From: Waltera intestinalis
Lineage (GTDB): Bacteria; Bacteroidota; Bacteroidia; Bacteroidales; Bacteroidaceae
Assembly (NCBI GenBank): GCA_963628185.1
Contig: CAVGEN010000029.1
Location: forward strand, 16,088 to 80,087
Direction: 5' to 3'
DNA: 64,000 nucleotides
Shown: piece by piece, positions 1 to 10,094 of the stretch
Position numbering within the stretch: position 1 is the first letter of the stretch
Layout: each line of letters begins with the position of its first letter
Notes under the pieces: generated by a model
Database searches by the model: none
Told to the model about the DNA's origin: nothing
Seen by the model: only the letters and a program-made list of their open reading frames with translations
Made by a program: the position numbers and the translations under genes

Positions 1-1901
1 TCGATGGTCAAACGATCTCCACCTTGGAAACCTGGTTCCTTGACGCTCATCTGTTCACCTTCCAAACGAGGCGAGATGCCACCTACAAAGACAACCACAT
101 CGGCATCGCCTACCTTCTGTACCAGTTTTTCTGTTGGCATTGCCTCCAAATGACCGAGGTCAAACTGCAAGACAGCCATCGCCGTCTTTTGCACATAGTC
201 TATCTGCAAGCGATATTCCTTGCCAGCCTCCACCTTATATATTTTATTGGCTACATTGACACGTTCACGAGCCTTCCAACTGTCAATGACAGTATCGCCA
301 TTCACAATCAAACGAGCCAAGTCATCACTTGCCAACTGCAACTGCAATTCCTCAGAATGAGTAGGACGGAAGATACCTTCCAACTTAGCAGAGAAATGCT
401 CCAAATTAACACCAGGAGCAAAGACGGTAGCACCACCATTACTCAGGTTGACAGGTTCCGCTATATTAAAAGAGGTGACAGGCTCACCCTTCATTTCCTC
501 ATTGTTCCAATAAGTAACAGCCAATCCTTTCTTTCCATCGGCAGAAGTAATCTCATTGTAACGACTATTGAACTCCTCGCTGCGAGTATGCCCACAGCCA
601 CCCACATATCTCACGTTACCAACCAAGTTGCGAATACCCTGCAAGATAGTTGTGGTAGAAGTAGGATAACCACTGTAATTGCCCCACATCATGGTAGAGT
701 CAACGGCATTAGGTCCGACCACAACTATCTTCTGACCGTTTTTCTTCAAAGGAAGAATACCATCATTCTTCAAAAGCACCATACTCTGGCGAGCCATGTC
801 AAGTGCCAATTGCTTATGTTCCTTAGAGGCGATGACCTCTAAAGGAATACGTTTCCAAGGCACGAGGCTTTCGTCATCGAAGTCGCCCAATTCAAAACGT
901 TCCTTCAACAATCGCTTCACGCTCACATCTATCTGTGCCTCGGTAATCTGCCCATTCTTCACGGCACGAGGAAGAGCCGCATAGTTGCCTCCACACTCTA
1001 CATCCGTACCCGAGATGACAGCCTTTGCCGAAGCCTCACCTGCTTCCTTAGCAACTCCATGTTTGCCTGGACGCCAGAAATCTCCGATAGCACCACAGTC
1101 ACTGCAAACCACACCTTGAAATCCCCACTCATTGCGAAGAATCTGTTGGAGATAACGATTGTTACCACAACAAGGGTCGCCATCAATACGCTGGTAAGCA
1201 CACATCACTTGAGCCACCTTACCCTGTTGCACCAAACTCTTGAAAGCAGGCATATAAGTTTCCCAAAGGTCACGCTCAGGCAAGTTTTCCAAATTGAAAG
1301 AGTGACGATTCCACTCTGGACCACTATGTACGGCAAAGTGCTTGGCGCAAGCTAGGAGCTTGTAATATTTGGAATCGGCAGGACCTTGCAAGCCTCTTAC
1401 CACAGCCAATCCCATGCGAGTCGTCAAGTATGGGTCTTCACCGTAGGTCTCTTGTCCTCTACCCCAACGAGGGTCACGGAATATATTTATATTAGGTGTC
1501 CAAATAGACAAGCCTTGATATTTCTTGATTTCGCCACTCTTACGAGCCAAGTTATTTTTGGCACGAGCCTCATCACTAACCGCCTCGAAGATACGTTCGA
1601 GCAAGTTGTCATTAAAAGAAGAAGCCATTGCCGTGGTATTAGGGAACACGGTAGCATAACCATTGCGAGCCACTCCATGAAGAGCCTCGCTCCACCACTC
1701 AAACTGAGGGATGCCCAAGCGAGGGATGGCAGGAGAACCATTGCGCATAATGTCCGCTTTCTCCTTCAAGGTAAGGCGAGAGCAAAGGTCAGTAGCTCGC
1801 TCCTCCGCAGAAAGGTTAGGATTCTGATAAGGCAACATCTGGGCAGAACATTGGAAAGCAACAACCGCAGATGCCAAGATTGTCATAAGTCGTTTGTTCA
1901 T
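1..1901 (-). CDS. GH3 family beta-xylosidase/beta-glucosidase, secreted (3' end runs off the window)
   Basis: Not in the ORF track because it lacks a stop in the window. Manual translation from ATG at 1901: MNKRLMTILASAVVAFQCSAQMLPYQNPNLSAEERATDLCSRLTLKEK...IPRLGIPQFEWWSEALHGVARNGYATVFP. Signal peptide plus the WWSEALHG motif of Xyl3A-like GH3 enzymes. Confidence 0.9.
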   Translation of the reverse strand, partial: MNKRLMTILASAVVAFQCSAQMLPYQNPNLSAEERATDLCSRLTLKEKADIMRNGSPAIPRLGIPQFEWWSEALHGVARNGYATVFPNTTAMASSFNDNLLERIFEAVSDEARAKNNLARKSGEIKKYQGLSIWTPNINIFRDPRWGRGQETYGEDPYLTTRMGLAVVRGLQGPADSKYYKLLACAKHFAVHSGPEWNRHSFNLENLPERDLWETYMPAFKSLVQQGKVAQVMCAYQRIDGDPCCGNNRYLQQILRNEWGFQGVVCSDCGAIGDFWRPGKHGVAKEAGEASAKAVISGTDVECGGNYAALPRAVKNGQITEAQIDVSVKRLLKERFELGDFDDESLVPWKRIPLEVIASKEHKQLALDMARQSMVLLKNDGILPLKKNGQKIVVVGPNAVDSTMMWGNYSGYPTSTTTILQGIRNLVGNVRYVGGCGHTRSEEFNSRYNEITSADGKKGLAVTYWNNEEMKGEPVTSFNIAEPVNLSNGGATVFAPGVNLEHFSAKLEGIFRPTHSEELQLQLASDDLARLIVNGDTVIDSWKARERVNVANKIYKVEAGKEYRLQIDYVQKTAMAVLQFDLGHLEAMPTEKLVQKVGDADVVVFVGGISPRLEGEQMSVKEPGFQGGDRLTI

Positions 1902-1937
1902 ATTCGTCAACTTTTAAAAGATTATTAAATTCTGATG

Positions 1938-1945
1938 CAAAAGTA
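1938..1945 (-). promoter_or_regulatory. Bacteroidetes -7 promoter element (TACTTTTG) for the GH3 gene
   Basis: Matches TAnnTTTG about 36 bp upstream of the start codon. Confidence 0.7.
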
Positions 1946-2104
1946 CCTATTTTTCCTTATTTGCAAGAGGAATATTTATGGGAACACGGTAATTTTGGCA
2001 ATTATTTCCCTAGTTGCGATAATTATTCCCTATTCTCATGCTTGCCAACACCGAAAAAGCCATATTTCCCCCCTTAAACTTTTGGCTAAATAAAAACTTT
2101 TGCC

Positions 2105-2112
2105 TATTTTTG
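2105..2112 (+). promoter_or_regulatory. -7 promoter element (TATTTTTG) for the HTCS
   Basis: TAnnTTTG match 21 bp upstream of the ATG. Confidence 0.7.
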
Positions 2113-2133
2113 CAACAGAAATATCAATAACCT

Positions 2134-5100
2134 ATGATGAAAAGACTGACTACTTTTATTATAACCTTACTGGCATTTGCCTCTATTTGGGCACAACCAT
2201 ATTGCACTGTAAGGACTTTCAATATTCGTGATGGCTTGGCTGCCAACACGATTTCGGGTATCGGACAGGACAACCAACAGCTGATGTGGTTCAGCACATG
2301 GAACGGTCTCTGTTGCTTTGATGGTTACCGCTTCACCACTTTCAGGGACATACCTGGCAAGAACGAAGTGCTGACCACCAACCGCTTGCTCATGGCTGTG
2401 CCGAACTCAGAGAACAACATCTATTGCACTACCTACGACAAACGTCCTTACGTCTTCGACACGAAACTCTGTAAGTTTATCGACCTCGCCCATATCATTA
2501 AGGAAAGATATGGGATAGAATTTCATGCCCGCAAATTTTACCCCCTTTCCAATGGCTATACTTGGATAGCAGGACTTGACGGACAGAATATCCGCATCAA
2601 GGACAAAGTGGTGGATGGAACTTACCAGATGCAACTCATCGGAAAGGATGTTCCTCCGTTGAATAGTACCATCATCAGCAAAGTGCTTGTCGATGAATCA
2701 AGAAGAGAATGGATTGTTACGGACAAAGGCACCCAGATTTTCCAACAGAAACTGACCGTTGGCAACAAGTTCGAATTTTTGAAACAAGCCAACAACAGGG
2801 TCTATCTTGCCAGTCTTGATGGTCACTTGGCTTTCTATAACGAAAAAGCCAACAAACTGACATATATCTCATTGCCTGTTGGTACATGCAAAATCAATGA
2901 AATGAAGCGGTTCAGTAGTCAACAGATAGGATTGGCTACCAACCTCGGTGTTGTCTTCATCAACACCAGCAACAACCGTATCACCTCCCTATCTCTTCAA
3001 AACCCATCGCAAGCCTCATCGGAAATTTTCGATTTACACAAAGATAGCAAAGGACGCATCTGGGCTTTCGGCACAGGTTTGGGGGCATCCATCATCAATC
3101 CAACGACCTTATCTGCGACTTGGGTTGCAGAGGAACAACCTTCCACTCCTTACTTCACAACTAGTGAGAAGACGATATGGGTGGAAGACAAGTACAATAC
3201 CATTTGGATAACACCGACCAAGGGATATTTCGGTTATTATGATGAGAAAAGCCAAGTCATCAAGCCCTATTCACTTAATTCTACTGGACATAGCTTTGTC
3301 AATGACATCAACAAATGCTTCGTCGATAGCCAAAAGAACCTATGGCTGACCAGTGCGCACGACTTGACACTGGTGAACTTGCGTACCCATAAATTCAAGA
3401 TGATACCTTTGGAGCAAGGCAGGGAGACACGTGCTACTTGCTGCGATGCCAATGCTAATCGCTATTTCGGAACGACCTCAGGTAACATCATCGTCGCCGA
3501 CAATCAGTGGAATACCATGGGCTATCTATCACCACAAGGCAAGTTCTCAGCTACCCCAACGCCTTTCGAGGGTAAGATATATGCCCTGTTCATAGATAAG
3601 AGCAATCGCCTTTGGATAGGAACTAAGGGCGGTGGTCTGTATGTACGTTTTGCAGATGGAGAGATGCGCCGATTCATCCCAAACAATGCAGACAAGTTCA
3701 GCATCAACTCCAAGGACATCTACACCATCGACCAAGATAACAACGGAAGCATCTGGATAGGAACATACGGAAAAGGCATCAACCTCGCCCAAGTGAACGA
3801 GGACAAGACCATCCGTTTCATCAACAACAGCAATGGACTTGCCACCATCGACAAGGACAATTATCAACACGTGCGCCGTATCACACATACTTCCGACGGA
3901 ACCATCCTCGTTTCCACAACTGATGGACTAGTCACCTTTAGCAACCAAGCCAAGGACTTACGAAGTTTCAAGTATTACACTAACAAGCATGTACAAGGCG
4001 ACACCACTAGTTTGGCAACCAGCGACGTGCTGCAAGTTCTCGTCACCCGAAAAGGCAAGATTTTTGTTGCCACCATGTCGGGAGGTTTACAAGAAATACA
4101 AGGGGACAAGACTTTGCTCTCCAACCAACTCAAATTCAAGACCATCAATCTACCTACCTCTGTAGAAGGCATCATCCAGTCTTTGGCTGAAGACAAAAAT
4201 GGAAATATCTGGATTACCCGAGAGAGCAGCATCGACATGTATAACCCACAGAATGGCAATATCTCCCTCTTCGGTCCGAACGACCTAGGAGACCATACAG
4301 AGTTCTGTGAGGCTATGCCGTCGGTGGATGCCAACGATGACTTTTCCCTATGTGCCATGGATGGAATTATCACCTTCAATCCACAGCACATCCAAAAGAG
4401 CGACTATAAACCCAACATCATCTTCTCGGCTATTCAATACCAAGGAGAGACTGAGCCTCAACCTATCCTTTATACCGATAAGCTAGAGATACCTGCGATC
4501 CAACGAAGTTTTACTATCAGCTTTGCCGCCCTCGACTATCTCAATAACAGTATGGTGAGATACGCCTACAAGATAGAAGGCATCGACAAGGAATGGAACT
4601 ATCTGAGCAACAATGAGCACAGTGTGTCATACAACCATTTCCCTGCTGGCGATTATACCTTGTTGGTGAAGAGTACGAATACCGATGGCGTATGGGTAGA
4701 TAACGTGAAGAAACTCCACATCTACTCGCACCCTACCTTTTGGGAAACCATCTGGGCAAAGATACTCTATTTACTCATCTTCATCGGCATCCTCTATGCG
4801 GCAGGACGATATTATGTTTTGAAGCACAAAGCAGCCATGGAGCACGACATGACCATCATGAAGACTCGATTCTTCACCGAGATAGGACATAAGTTGCGTA
4901 CACCACTTACCTTGATTGGCGGACCAGTCACGGAAGTATTGGACAAGGAAACACTCAGCGAACTAGGACGAAAGCAGATGGAGATGGTACAACGCAACTC
5001 ACGCAACATGCTAGAGTTGGTCAATAAGATGTTGGAGCACAATGCCGCCAAAAACTATTTTGTCGATGACAGCAATGCCCCAGTCTTCAAGCAAGCCCTA

Positions 5101-5943
5101 CAAGAAGAGGTTTCCGAGAAGACCAAAACACAAAAAGAACAAGCGAACATCGACAAGAGTACTCGTCTCTTGGTGGTGGAAGACAATGATGACTTACGCT
5201 CTTTCCTTGTCAGCATTCTGAGCGACCAATACACCATGCTGCAAGCAGAAAACGGAAAGAAGGGATTGGAAATCGCCATCAAGGAGATGCCAGACTTCAT
5301 CATCACCGATGTCATGATGCCAGTGATGGACGGTTTGACAATGGTACACCAAATCAAGCAAAACAAGGACATCTGCCACATCCCTATCGTGGTACTCTCT
5401 GCGAAGGCTTCGCTCGATGACCGCTTGCAAGGTTTGAACGAAGGCATTGATGACTATATCACCAAGCCATTCTCTGCCACCTACCTGCGTCATCGTGTAG
5501 AAAACATCATCGCACAAAGAAAGATGCTCCAACAATCTTACTTGGAACAGATTGTTCCTGAAGACAAGCAGACCTACAAGCTGGAATCCGTACAGATAGT
5601 CGATGCCGACAAGGAGATGATGAACCAACTGATGTCGTTCTTGGAGGAGAATATCTCCAACACGGAAATCAAGATAGAAGACCTAGCCAACGCCGTTCAT
5701 CTCGGCAGAACGGTATTCTATGAGAAGATGAAGAGCATCGTGGGTATGTCACCTATCGACTTCTTGCGCCACATCCGTTTGCAGAGAGCCGAGGAACTTG
5801 TGGCTAAGAGCACCGATACCTTCTCGCAGATAGCATACGCCGTAGGCTTCACCGACCCGAAGTACTTCGGCAAGTGCTTCAAGAAGGAAACAGGTATGAC
5901 TCCATCTGAATATCGTGAGAAAGCCAAGACTGAGCAAGTGTAA
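2134..5943 (+). CDS. Hybrid two-component system: beta-propeller sensor, Y_Y_Y, TM, HisKA, receiver, AraC HTH; HATPase domain absent
   Basis: Propeller repeats (DSKGRIW, DKSNRLWIGT), YAYKIEG Y_Y_Y domain, TM helix, H-box IGHKLRTPL, receiver (VEDN...TDVMMP...TKPF), C-terminal AraC (VGFTDPKYFGKCFKK). Confidence 0.95.
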   Translation: MMKRLTTFIITLLAFASIWAQPYCTVRTFNIRDGLAANTISGIGQDNQQLMWFSTWNGLCCFDGYRFTTFRDIPGKNEVLTTNRLLMAVPNSENNIYCTTYDKRPYVFDTKLCKFIDLAHIIKERYGIEFHARKFYPLSNGYTWIAGLDGQNIRIKDKVVDGTYQMQLIGKDVPPLNSTIISKVLVDESRREWIVTDKGTQIFQQKLTVGNKFEFLKQANNRVYLASLDGHLAFYNEKANKLTYISLPVGTCKINEMKRFSSQQIGLATNLGVVFINTSNNRITSLSLQNPSQASSEIFDLHKDSKGRIWAFGTGLGASIINPTTLSATWVAEEQPSTPYFTTSEKTIWVEDKYNTIWITPTKGYFGYYDEKSQVIKPYSLNSTGHSFVNDINKCFVDSQKNLWLTSAHDLTLVNLRTHKFKMIPLEQGRETRATCCDANANRYFGTTSGNIIVADNQWNTMGYLSPQGKFSATPTPFEGKIYALFIDKSNRLWIGTKGGGLYVRFADGEMRRFIPNNADKFSINSKDIYTIDQDNNGSIWIGTYGKGINLAQVNEDKTIRFINNSNGLATIDKDNYQHVRRITHTSDGTILVSTTDGLVTFSNQAKDLRSFKYYTNKHVQGDTTSLATSDVLQVLVTRKGKIFVATMSGGLQEIQGDKTLLSNQLKFKTINLPTSVEGIIQSLAEDKNGNIWITRESSIDMYNPQNGNISLFGPNDLGDHTEFCEAMPSVDANDDFSLCAMDGIITFNPQHIQKSDYKPNIIFSAIQYQGETEPQPILYTDKLEIPAIQRSFTISFAALDYLNNSMVRYAYKIEGIDKEWNYLSNNEHSVSYNHFPAGDYTLLVKSTNTDGVWVDNVKKLHIYSHPTFWETIWAKILYLLIFIGILYAAGRYYVLKHKAAMEHDMTIMKTRFFTEIGHKLRTPLTLIGGPVTEVLDKETLSELGRKQMEMVQRNSRNMLELVNKMLEHNAAKNYFVDDSNAPVFKQALQEEVSEKTKTQKEQANIDKSTRLLVVEDNDDLRSFLVSILSDQYTMLQAENGKKGLEIAIKEMPDFIITDVMMPVMDGLTMVHQIKQNKDICHIPIVVLSAKASLDDRLQGLNEGIDDYITKPFSATYLRHRVENIIAQRKMLQQSYLEQIVPEDKQTYKLESVQIVDADKEMMNQLMSFLEENISNTEIKIEDLANAVHLGRTVFYEKMKSIVGMSPIDFLRHIRLQRAEELVAKSTDTFSQIAYAVGFTDPKYFGKCFKKETGMTPSEYREKAKTEQV

Positions 5944-5960
5944 TGGCTTTCAATACAAGG

Positions 5961-6011
5961 AAAAGATGAAGGGGATGTCGCAAATCGCTGCGACATCCCC
6001 CTCTTTTCTTT
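5961..6011. terminator. Bidirectional intrinsic terminator between the HTCS and the pectate lyase
   Basis: 12-bp stem GGGGATGTCGCA/TGCGACATCCCC flanked by A- and T-rich tracts. Confidence 0.85.
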
Positions 6012-6057
6012 ACTAATCTACTAAAACTACTTATTAATAATATAAACCTAAAATTCA

Positions 6058-8220
6058 TTATTTGACAACCACCTTCTTGCCGTTGACAATATAGATGCCC
6101 TTCTGCAAATTGGCAGCATTGACTTTACGCCCATCCAAGGTATAGATTTCCATCTTGGCATTCTGCTGAGCCTCAGCTTGGATTTCTTGGATGCCAGTAG
6201 CACCCTTAGGAGAGAACTTGAGGTTGGCGATATTGGCTGTATTCTTGTTAGTAGAGCAATTGAAAGTAATCGTGAGATACTTCAAACCCTTGCTGAGGGC
6301 ATCGGTTTCAAATGAATAATCATCCCAAGCTGCCCCCTTGGAGTTTCCCCAAGACTTATTGTTGGCAATTTCTATCGTCTTCTCAAACTCAACTTCTTCT
6401 GAAGCATTTGTTATCGTAAAAGTAACAGTTACTCCATCTCGCTTTGTACATCCTTTAAAATCTACAGTGAATGCCTGTGCCTCCTTGACATCAAGCACAG
6501 CAGAACAAGCATTGCCTGTACGGATGTTTTCTATCATAGGATAATCGCCTGCATCCTCATTGACATTACCTCCATTAGGAAAACTGAACTTCGCACCCAA
6601 ATCAACATAGTCTGTGCTTGACATATCTATCACATTACTTCCGTCTATCGTTGTAGGATTGAGCAAGCCTGTTGTAGCAATGTCCTCACCTTCCAATGAA
6701 CCTTCTGCATACTGCGCCTCAGTAATGTCGGCAACGAGTGAGTTGATATAGTTCTCCAAGTTGGTGTAGCCGTTGGATGCAACCTTTGCTCCATCAGTAG
6801 CATCATTAGGGTCTAAGCCATTGGCTCTCTCCCAAACATCAGGCATACCATCACCATCAGTATCTACAGGAGCAGCGGTGCTATTCAACTTTGGCCAAGC
6901 ATCCTCGCCATCGGTCTTAGCCTCACTCTGAGTATCGATGATACCAGGGCGGTCGCTTTCCTCTGCACCTGTAAAGGTAGTCTTGCCATTCTTCACATCC
7001 TCGGCGATAATCTTGTCGAGGGCGTCACGATGATAGCTTGCACCAGCGTATGCAATAACTTTCTCCAAAGCCTTGTCTGGAGTATGAGTTGTTACGAGAG
7101 CAAAAGGCATAGCAGCATCAGCCTTGATGGTATCGCGAGTAACCTTGCTCCAACCATACTCTGCACCATCCACGATATTGTCGATGACACCAAGCTGCCA
7201 GTTGTCGTTGGTCACATCAGCCCACTTGGAGTTCTTGTTACCTGCCACGTAGTAGTGTCCCCATACGTATGCCTCCACCTCATCGGTGTTATTACCTTGT
7301 GCATCCTTTACGTAGTGAGTACCATGACCAGTGCCAAGAATACGCTTCTGCACGCCCTCTGGACGTTTCTCTGTCAATGGACCAGGCTTGTAATAGTTGT
7401 TTACGATATTGATGTTCATTTCCTCACCACCGTATGCACCATTGCCACCCCAATTGTAGATGACATTGTTGCGCCAGTCCGTAGGATGTTCTTTGCTGGT
7501 ATCATCGCCACTACGGAACACATAGCGAGGGGTACGAGAGTCATGATGGGCTATCAAGTTGTGGTGATAAGTGGTGCGACCGCCACCCATCATTGCTCCA
7601 TAGCCATGTGCGCCTTTCTGGTGACCGGCAAAACGGAGACTCTGATAAGCCATACACCACTGCACGGTGGTATTGCGATTGCCATAGACGGCAAGACACT
7701 CATCGATACTCCAGCTTACGCTACAGTGGTCGATGATGATGTTGGAGCCATCAAATCCACCAAGACCATCACCCTCGTGACCGCCATTACCCCTATCCAC
7801 GTTGTCATTTCCACAACGGAAACGAACATATCTGATAATTACATTAGGAGCCTTGATGACAAAAGGCCATGCGGCGATACAAATGCCATCGCCAGGGGCA
7901 GTCTGACCAGCTATCGTAAGGTCACCAGATTTCAAGTCGAGCTGGCTTTTCAAGAAGATAGTACCCGACACATCAAAGATGATGGTACGAGGACCTTTTT
8001 GGTTACAAGCCCAACGGAAAGAGCCTTCCTCGCCTGTATCTTCGAGTGTGGTGACATGACACACGGCACCACCACGGCCACCTGTCACATACATGCCATA
8101 ACCTTGTGCGCCTGGGAAAGAAGGAACTTTGTTATTGTCTGCCATCGCTGTTGCGGCTGTTACGAGCATACTGCTGAAGAGTACACCTTTCAATAGACTG
8201 CTAAGTAATGTTTGCTTCAT
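6058..8220 (-). CDS. Pectate lyase (PL1-type) with a DxDGDGMPD motif, putative CBM-like domain and T9SS-type C-terminal signal
   Basis: PSFPGAQGYG...GGRGG, IIDHCSVSWSIDE, HHDSRTPR motifs; DTDGDGMPDVWE; C-terminus YTLDGRKV...KGIYIVNGKKVVVK. Confidence 0.88.
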   Translation of the reverse strand: MKQTLLSSLLKGVLFSSMLVTAATAMADNNKVPSFPGAQGYGMYVTGGRGGAVCHVTTLEDTGEEGSFRWACNQKGPRTIIFDVSGTIFLKSQLDLKSGDLTIAGQTAPGDGICIAAWPFVIKAPNVIIRYVRFRCGNDNVDRGNGGHEGDGLGGFDGSNIIIDHCSVSWSIDECLAVYGNRNTTVQWCMAYQSLRFAGHQKGAHGYGAMMGGGRTTYHHNLIAHHDSRTPRYVFRSGDDTSKEHPTDWRNNVIYNWGGNGAYGGEEMNINIVNNYYKPGPLTEKRPEGVQKRILGTGHGTHYVKDAQGNNTDEVEAYVWGHYYVAGNKNSKWADVTNDNWQLGVIDNIVDGAEYGWSKVTRDTIKADAAMPFALVTTHTPDKALEKVIAYAGASYHRDALDKIIAEDVKNGKTTFTGAEESDRPGIIDTQSEAKTDGEDAWPKLNSTAAPVDTDGDGMPDVWERANGLDPNDATDGAKVASNGYTNLENYINSLVADITEAQYAEGSLEGEDIATTGLLNPTTIDGSNVIDMSSTDYVDLGAKFSFPNGGNVNEDAGDYPMIENIRTGNACSAVLDVKEAQAFTVDFKGCTKRDGVTVTFTITNASEEVEFEKTIEIANNKSWGNSKGAAWDDYSFETDALSKGLKYLTITFNCSTNKNTANIANLKFSPKGATGIQEIQAEAQQNAKMEIYTLDGRKVNAANLQKGIYIVNGKKVVVK

Positions 8221-8312
8221 ATCGAAAAACGGTTTTTAAGTTATTGTTAATAGTATTATCGGAATCCGCCTTATTTTCTTGTAGAGAAAAACATAGGTTC
8301 TCGATTCGCTTG

Positions 8313-8320
8313 CAAAATTA
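8313..8320 (-). promoter_or_regulatory. -7 promoter element (TAATTTTG) for the pectate lyase
   Basis: TAnnTTTG match upstream of the gene. Confidence 0.65.
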
Positions 8321-8450
8321 AGAGGAAGAAAAGATACTTCATGGTGTATTTTTGGCAAAATAGGAGTATAAAATGACGGAAACACCTCTATGCGATTAAT
8401 TTTACCCACCTTTCCGTACTATCTTCTCCCTTGCCTACAATTTTCTTTAG

Positions 8451-8458
8451 TACTTTTG
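8451..8458 (+). promoter_or_regulatory. -7 promoter element (TACTTTTG) for the ECF sigma
   Basis: TAnnTTTG match 38 bp upstream of the ATG. Confidence 0.65.
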
Positions 8459-8496
8459 CGGTATCAAACAAACAAGAACTTAAAACGGACTAAAAC

Positions 8497-9000
8497 ATGG
8501 ATAAGAACTATCTATTGATTCAAGAGTATTATAGCAGGAGCCGTGAGCAATTGATACATTACGCGCTCAAATGCCAACTGGAACTAAAGGATGCCGAGGA
8601 CATCGTGCAAGACACCTTTCTTCGGCTTCTCGTATCAGACAAGATGATCAACAAGATCACCTTACCTGCATTGACACATAGCGTTCTCAGCAATCTCATC
8701 AGAGACCATTGGCGTCACCAAGTCTATGTTGACCAACATGAGCGATACATCAAGTATTCCTCTAGTCGCAGCGAAGACGGCATGAGGCTCATCTCCATGC
8801 ACGAAACAGAGATTTGGCTCCAAAAGAGCATCGCAAAACTAGACGAGAAGAACTGCAAAATATATCGCATGAGCATGGAAGAAGGGAAAAAAGTAAGCGA
8901 GATTGCCAATTGCCTTCACATTAAATACAAAACAGTGGAAAATCGTCTCAGTATGGCAAGAAAAGAAGTTAGGCATCACATGGCTGCCATATGCCAATAA
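8497..9000 (+). CDS. ECF-type RNA polymerase sigma-70 factor
   Basis: Region 2 DAEDIVQDTFLRL and region 4 EIANCLHIKYKTVENRLSMARK; 167 aa. Confidence 0.9.
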   Translation: MDKNYLLIQEYYSRSREQLIHYALKCQLELKDAEDIVQDTFLRLLVSDKMINKITLPALTHSVLSNLIRDHWRHQVYVDQHERYIKYSSSRSEDGMRLISMHETEIWLQKSIAKLDEKNCKIYRMSMEEGKKVSEIANCLHIKYKTVENRLSMARKEVRHHMAAICQ

Positions 9001-9014
9001 TGATGCCAAGACTA

Positions 9015-9977
9015 CTACCATTTCAAATGCCCATACTTATCCTTATACCAAAGTTGCCAGCCATTCACCAAGTTCTGCCAAACGACATAGGCACCGGGAG
9101 CAACTGCCGCCAAGGGATTGAGGAATGTAAGTGTCAGCCAAATGCCCACTATCGTATTCTTCTGACCCAACGCCTGTCCAGCACTAATGCTTGCACCATA
9201 ATGCCGCCCAACTGCCTTACCGATGGTGAACTGGATGAGACACACAAAGAGCGGCACGATAAGCAACAATGCCAATATCCATCCCACCACCTCGGCATGA
9301 AGGATATTACGAACCATCTCCCCCATCAAAATCATCAAGTTGAAGCACCACATGTAAAATCCCAAATCTTTCACACTCTTCACCTTATCTACAAACTTGG
9401 GCAAAAACCTTCTGCTCAACAAGGCCAAGATCAAGGGAACGACCAAGACCGTCGTGACATTGCGGAACACCATCATGCTCATCATGAGAAAGGAGACATC
9501 GGCCCCCTTCTCCACCATCGGGAAGAGACTCGGAATGATAATCATCGTAAAAATATTGGCAATGACCGTATAAGTGGTGAGCGACCCAATGCTGCCACCA
9601 AGTTTCTCCGTCACCACAGCCACAGCCGCAGCCGTAGGACATATAAAGCAGACGAACGCACCTTCAAGTACTATCTTTGCACTAGGATTGCCACCAAACT
9701 CCATGACAAGCACCACCATCACCAGAGCCAACGATGTACGAATCATCTGAAGGATGAAATGCCAAGCTTGGGGCTTCATCTCCTTGATTTCTATCTTACA
9801 AAACGTAACATAGAGCAAAGCAAACAATACCCCGGGCATCAAATCCACCAACTTCGGACCAACGGCATCACCTATTGGCGACAAGAAAGAAACGTTGGCA
9901 AAAACCAAATACACCACCACTCCTATCACTAAAGAACATGGCAACGAAAACTTACGAAAAAATCTCCACAAACCCAT
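9015..9977 (-). CDS. BASS (bile acid:sodium symporter)-family transporter
   Basis: Polytopic membrane protein with CPTAAAVAV and QALGQKNT motifs. Confidence 0.8.
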   Translation of the reverse strand: MGLWRFFRKFSLPCSLVIGVVVYLVFANVSFLSPIGDAVGPKLVDLMPGVLFALLYVTFCKIEIKEMKPQAWHFILQMIRTSLALVMVVLVMEFGGNPSAKIVLEGAFVCFICPTAAAVAVVTEKLGGSIGSLTTYTVIANIFTMIIIPSLFPMVEKGADVSFLMMSMMVFRNVTTVLVVPLILALLSRRFLPKFVDKVKSVKDLGFYMWCFNLMILMGEMVRNILHAEVVGWILALLLIVPLFVCLIQFTIGKAVGRHYGASISAGQALGQKNTIVGIWLTLTFLNPLAAVAPGAYVVWQNLVNGWQLWYKDKYGHLKW

Positions 9978-10094
9978 ACCTTATATTATATAAAGGAAAC
10001 AAAAGCTGTTGCACGATAAGAAAAAGCCCTCTCCCATTCGGAGCAATCCGACAGAAGAGGACCCTTTGTATCATTTATATCTCAAAGCTAATGT

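Noticed and set aside
24..1928. Plus-strand ORFs of 272, 98 and 180 aa
   Set aside because: Shadows of the minus-strand GH3 gene that the ORF track missed.
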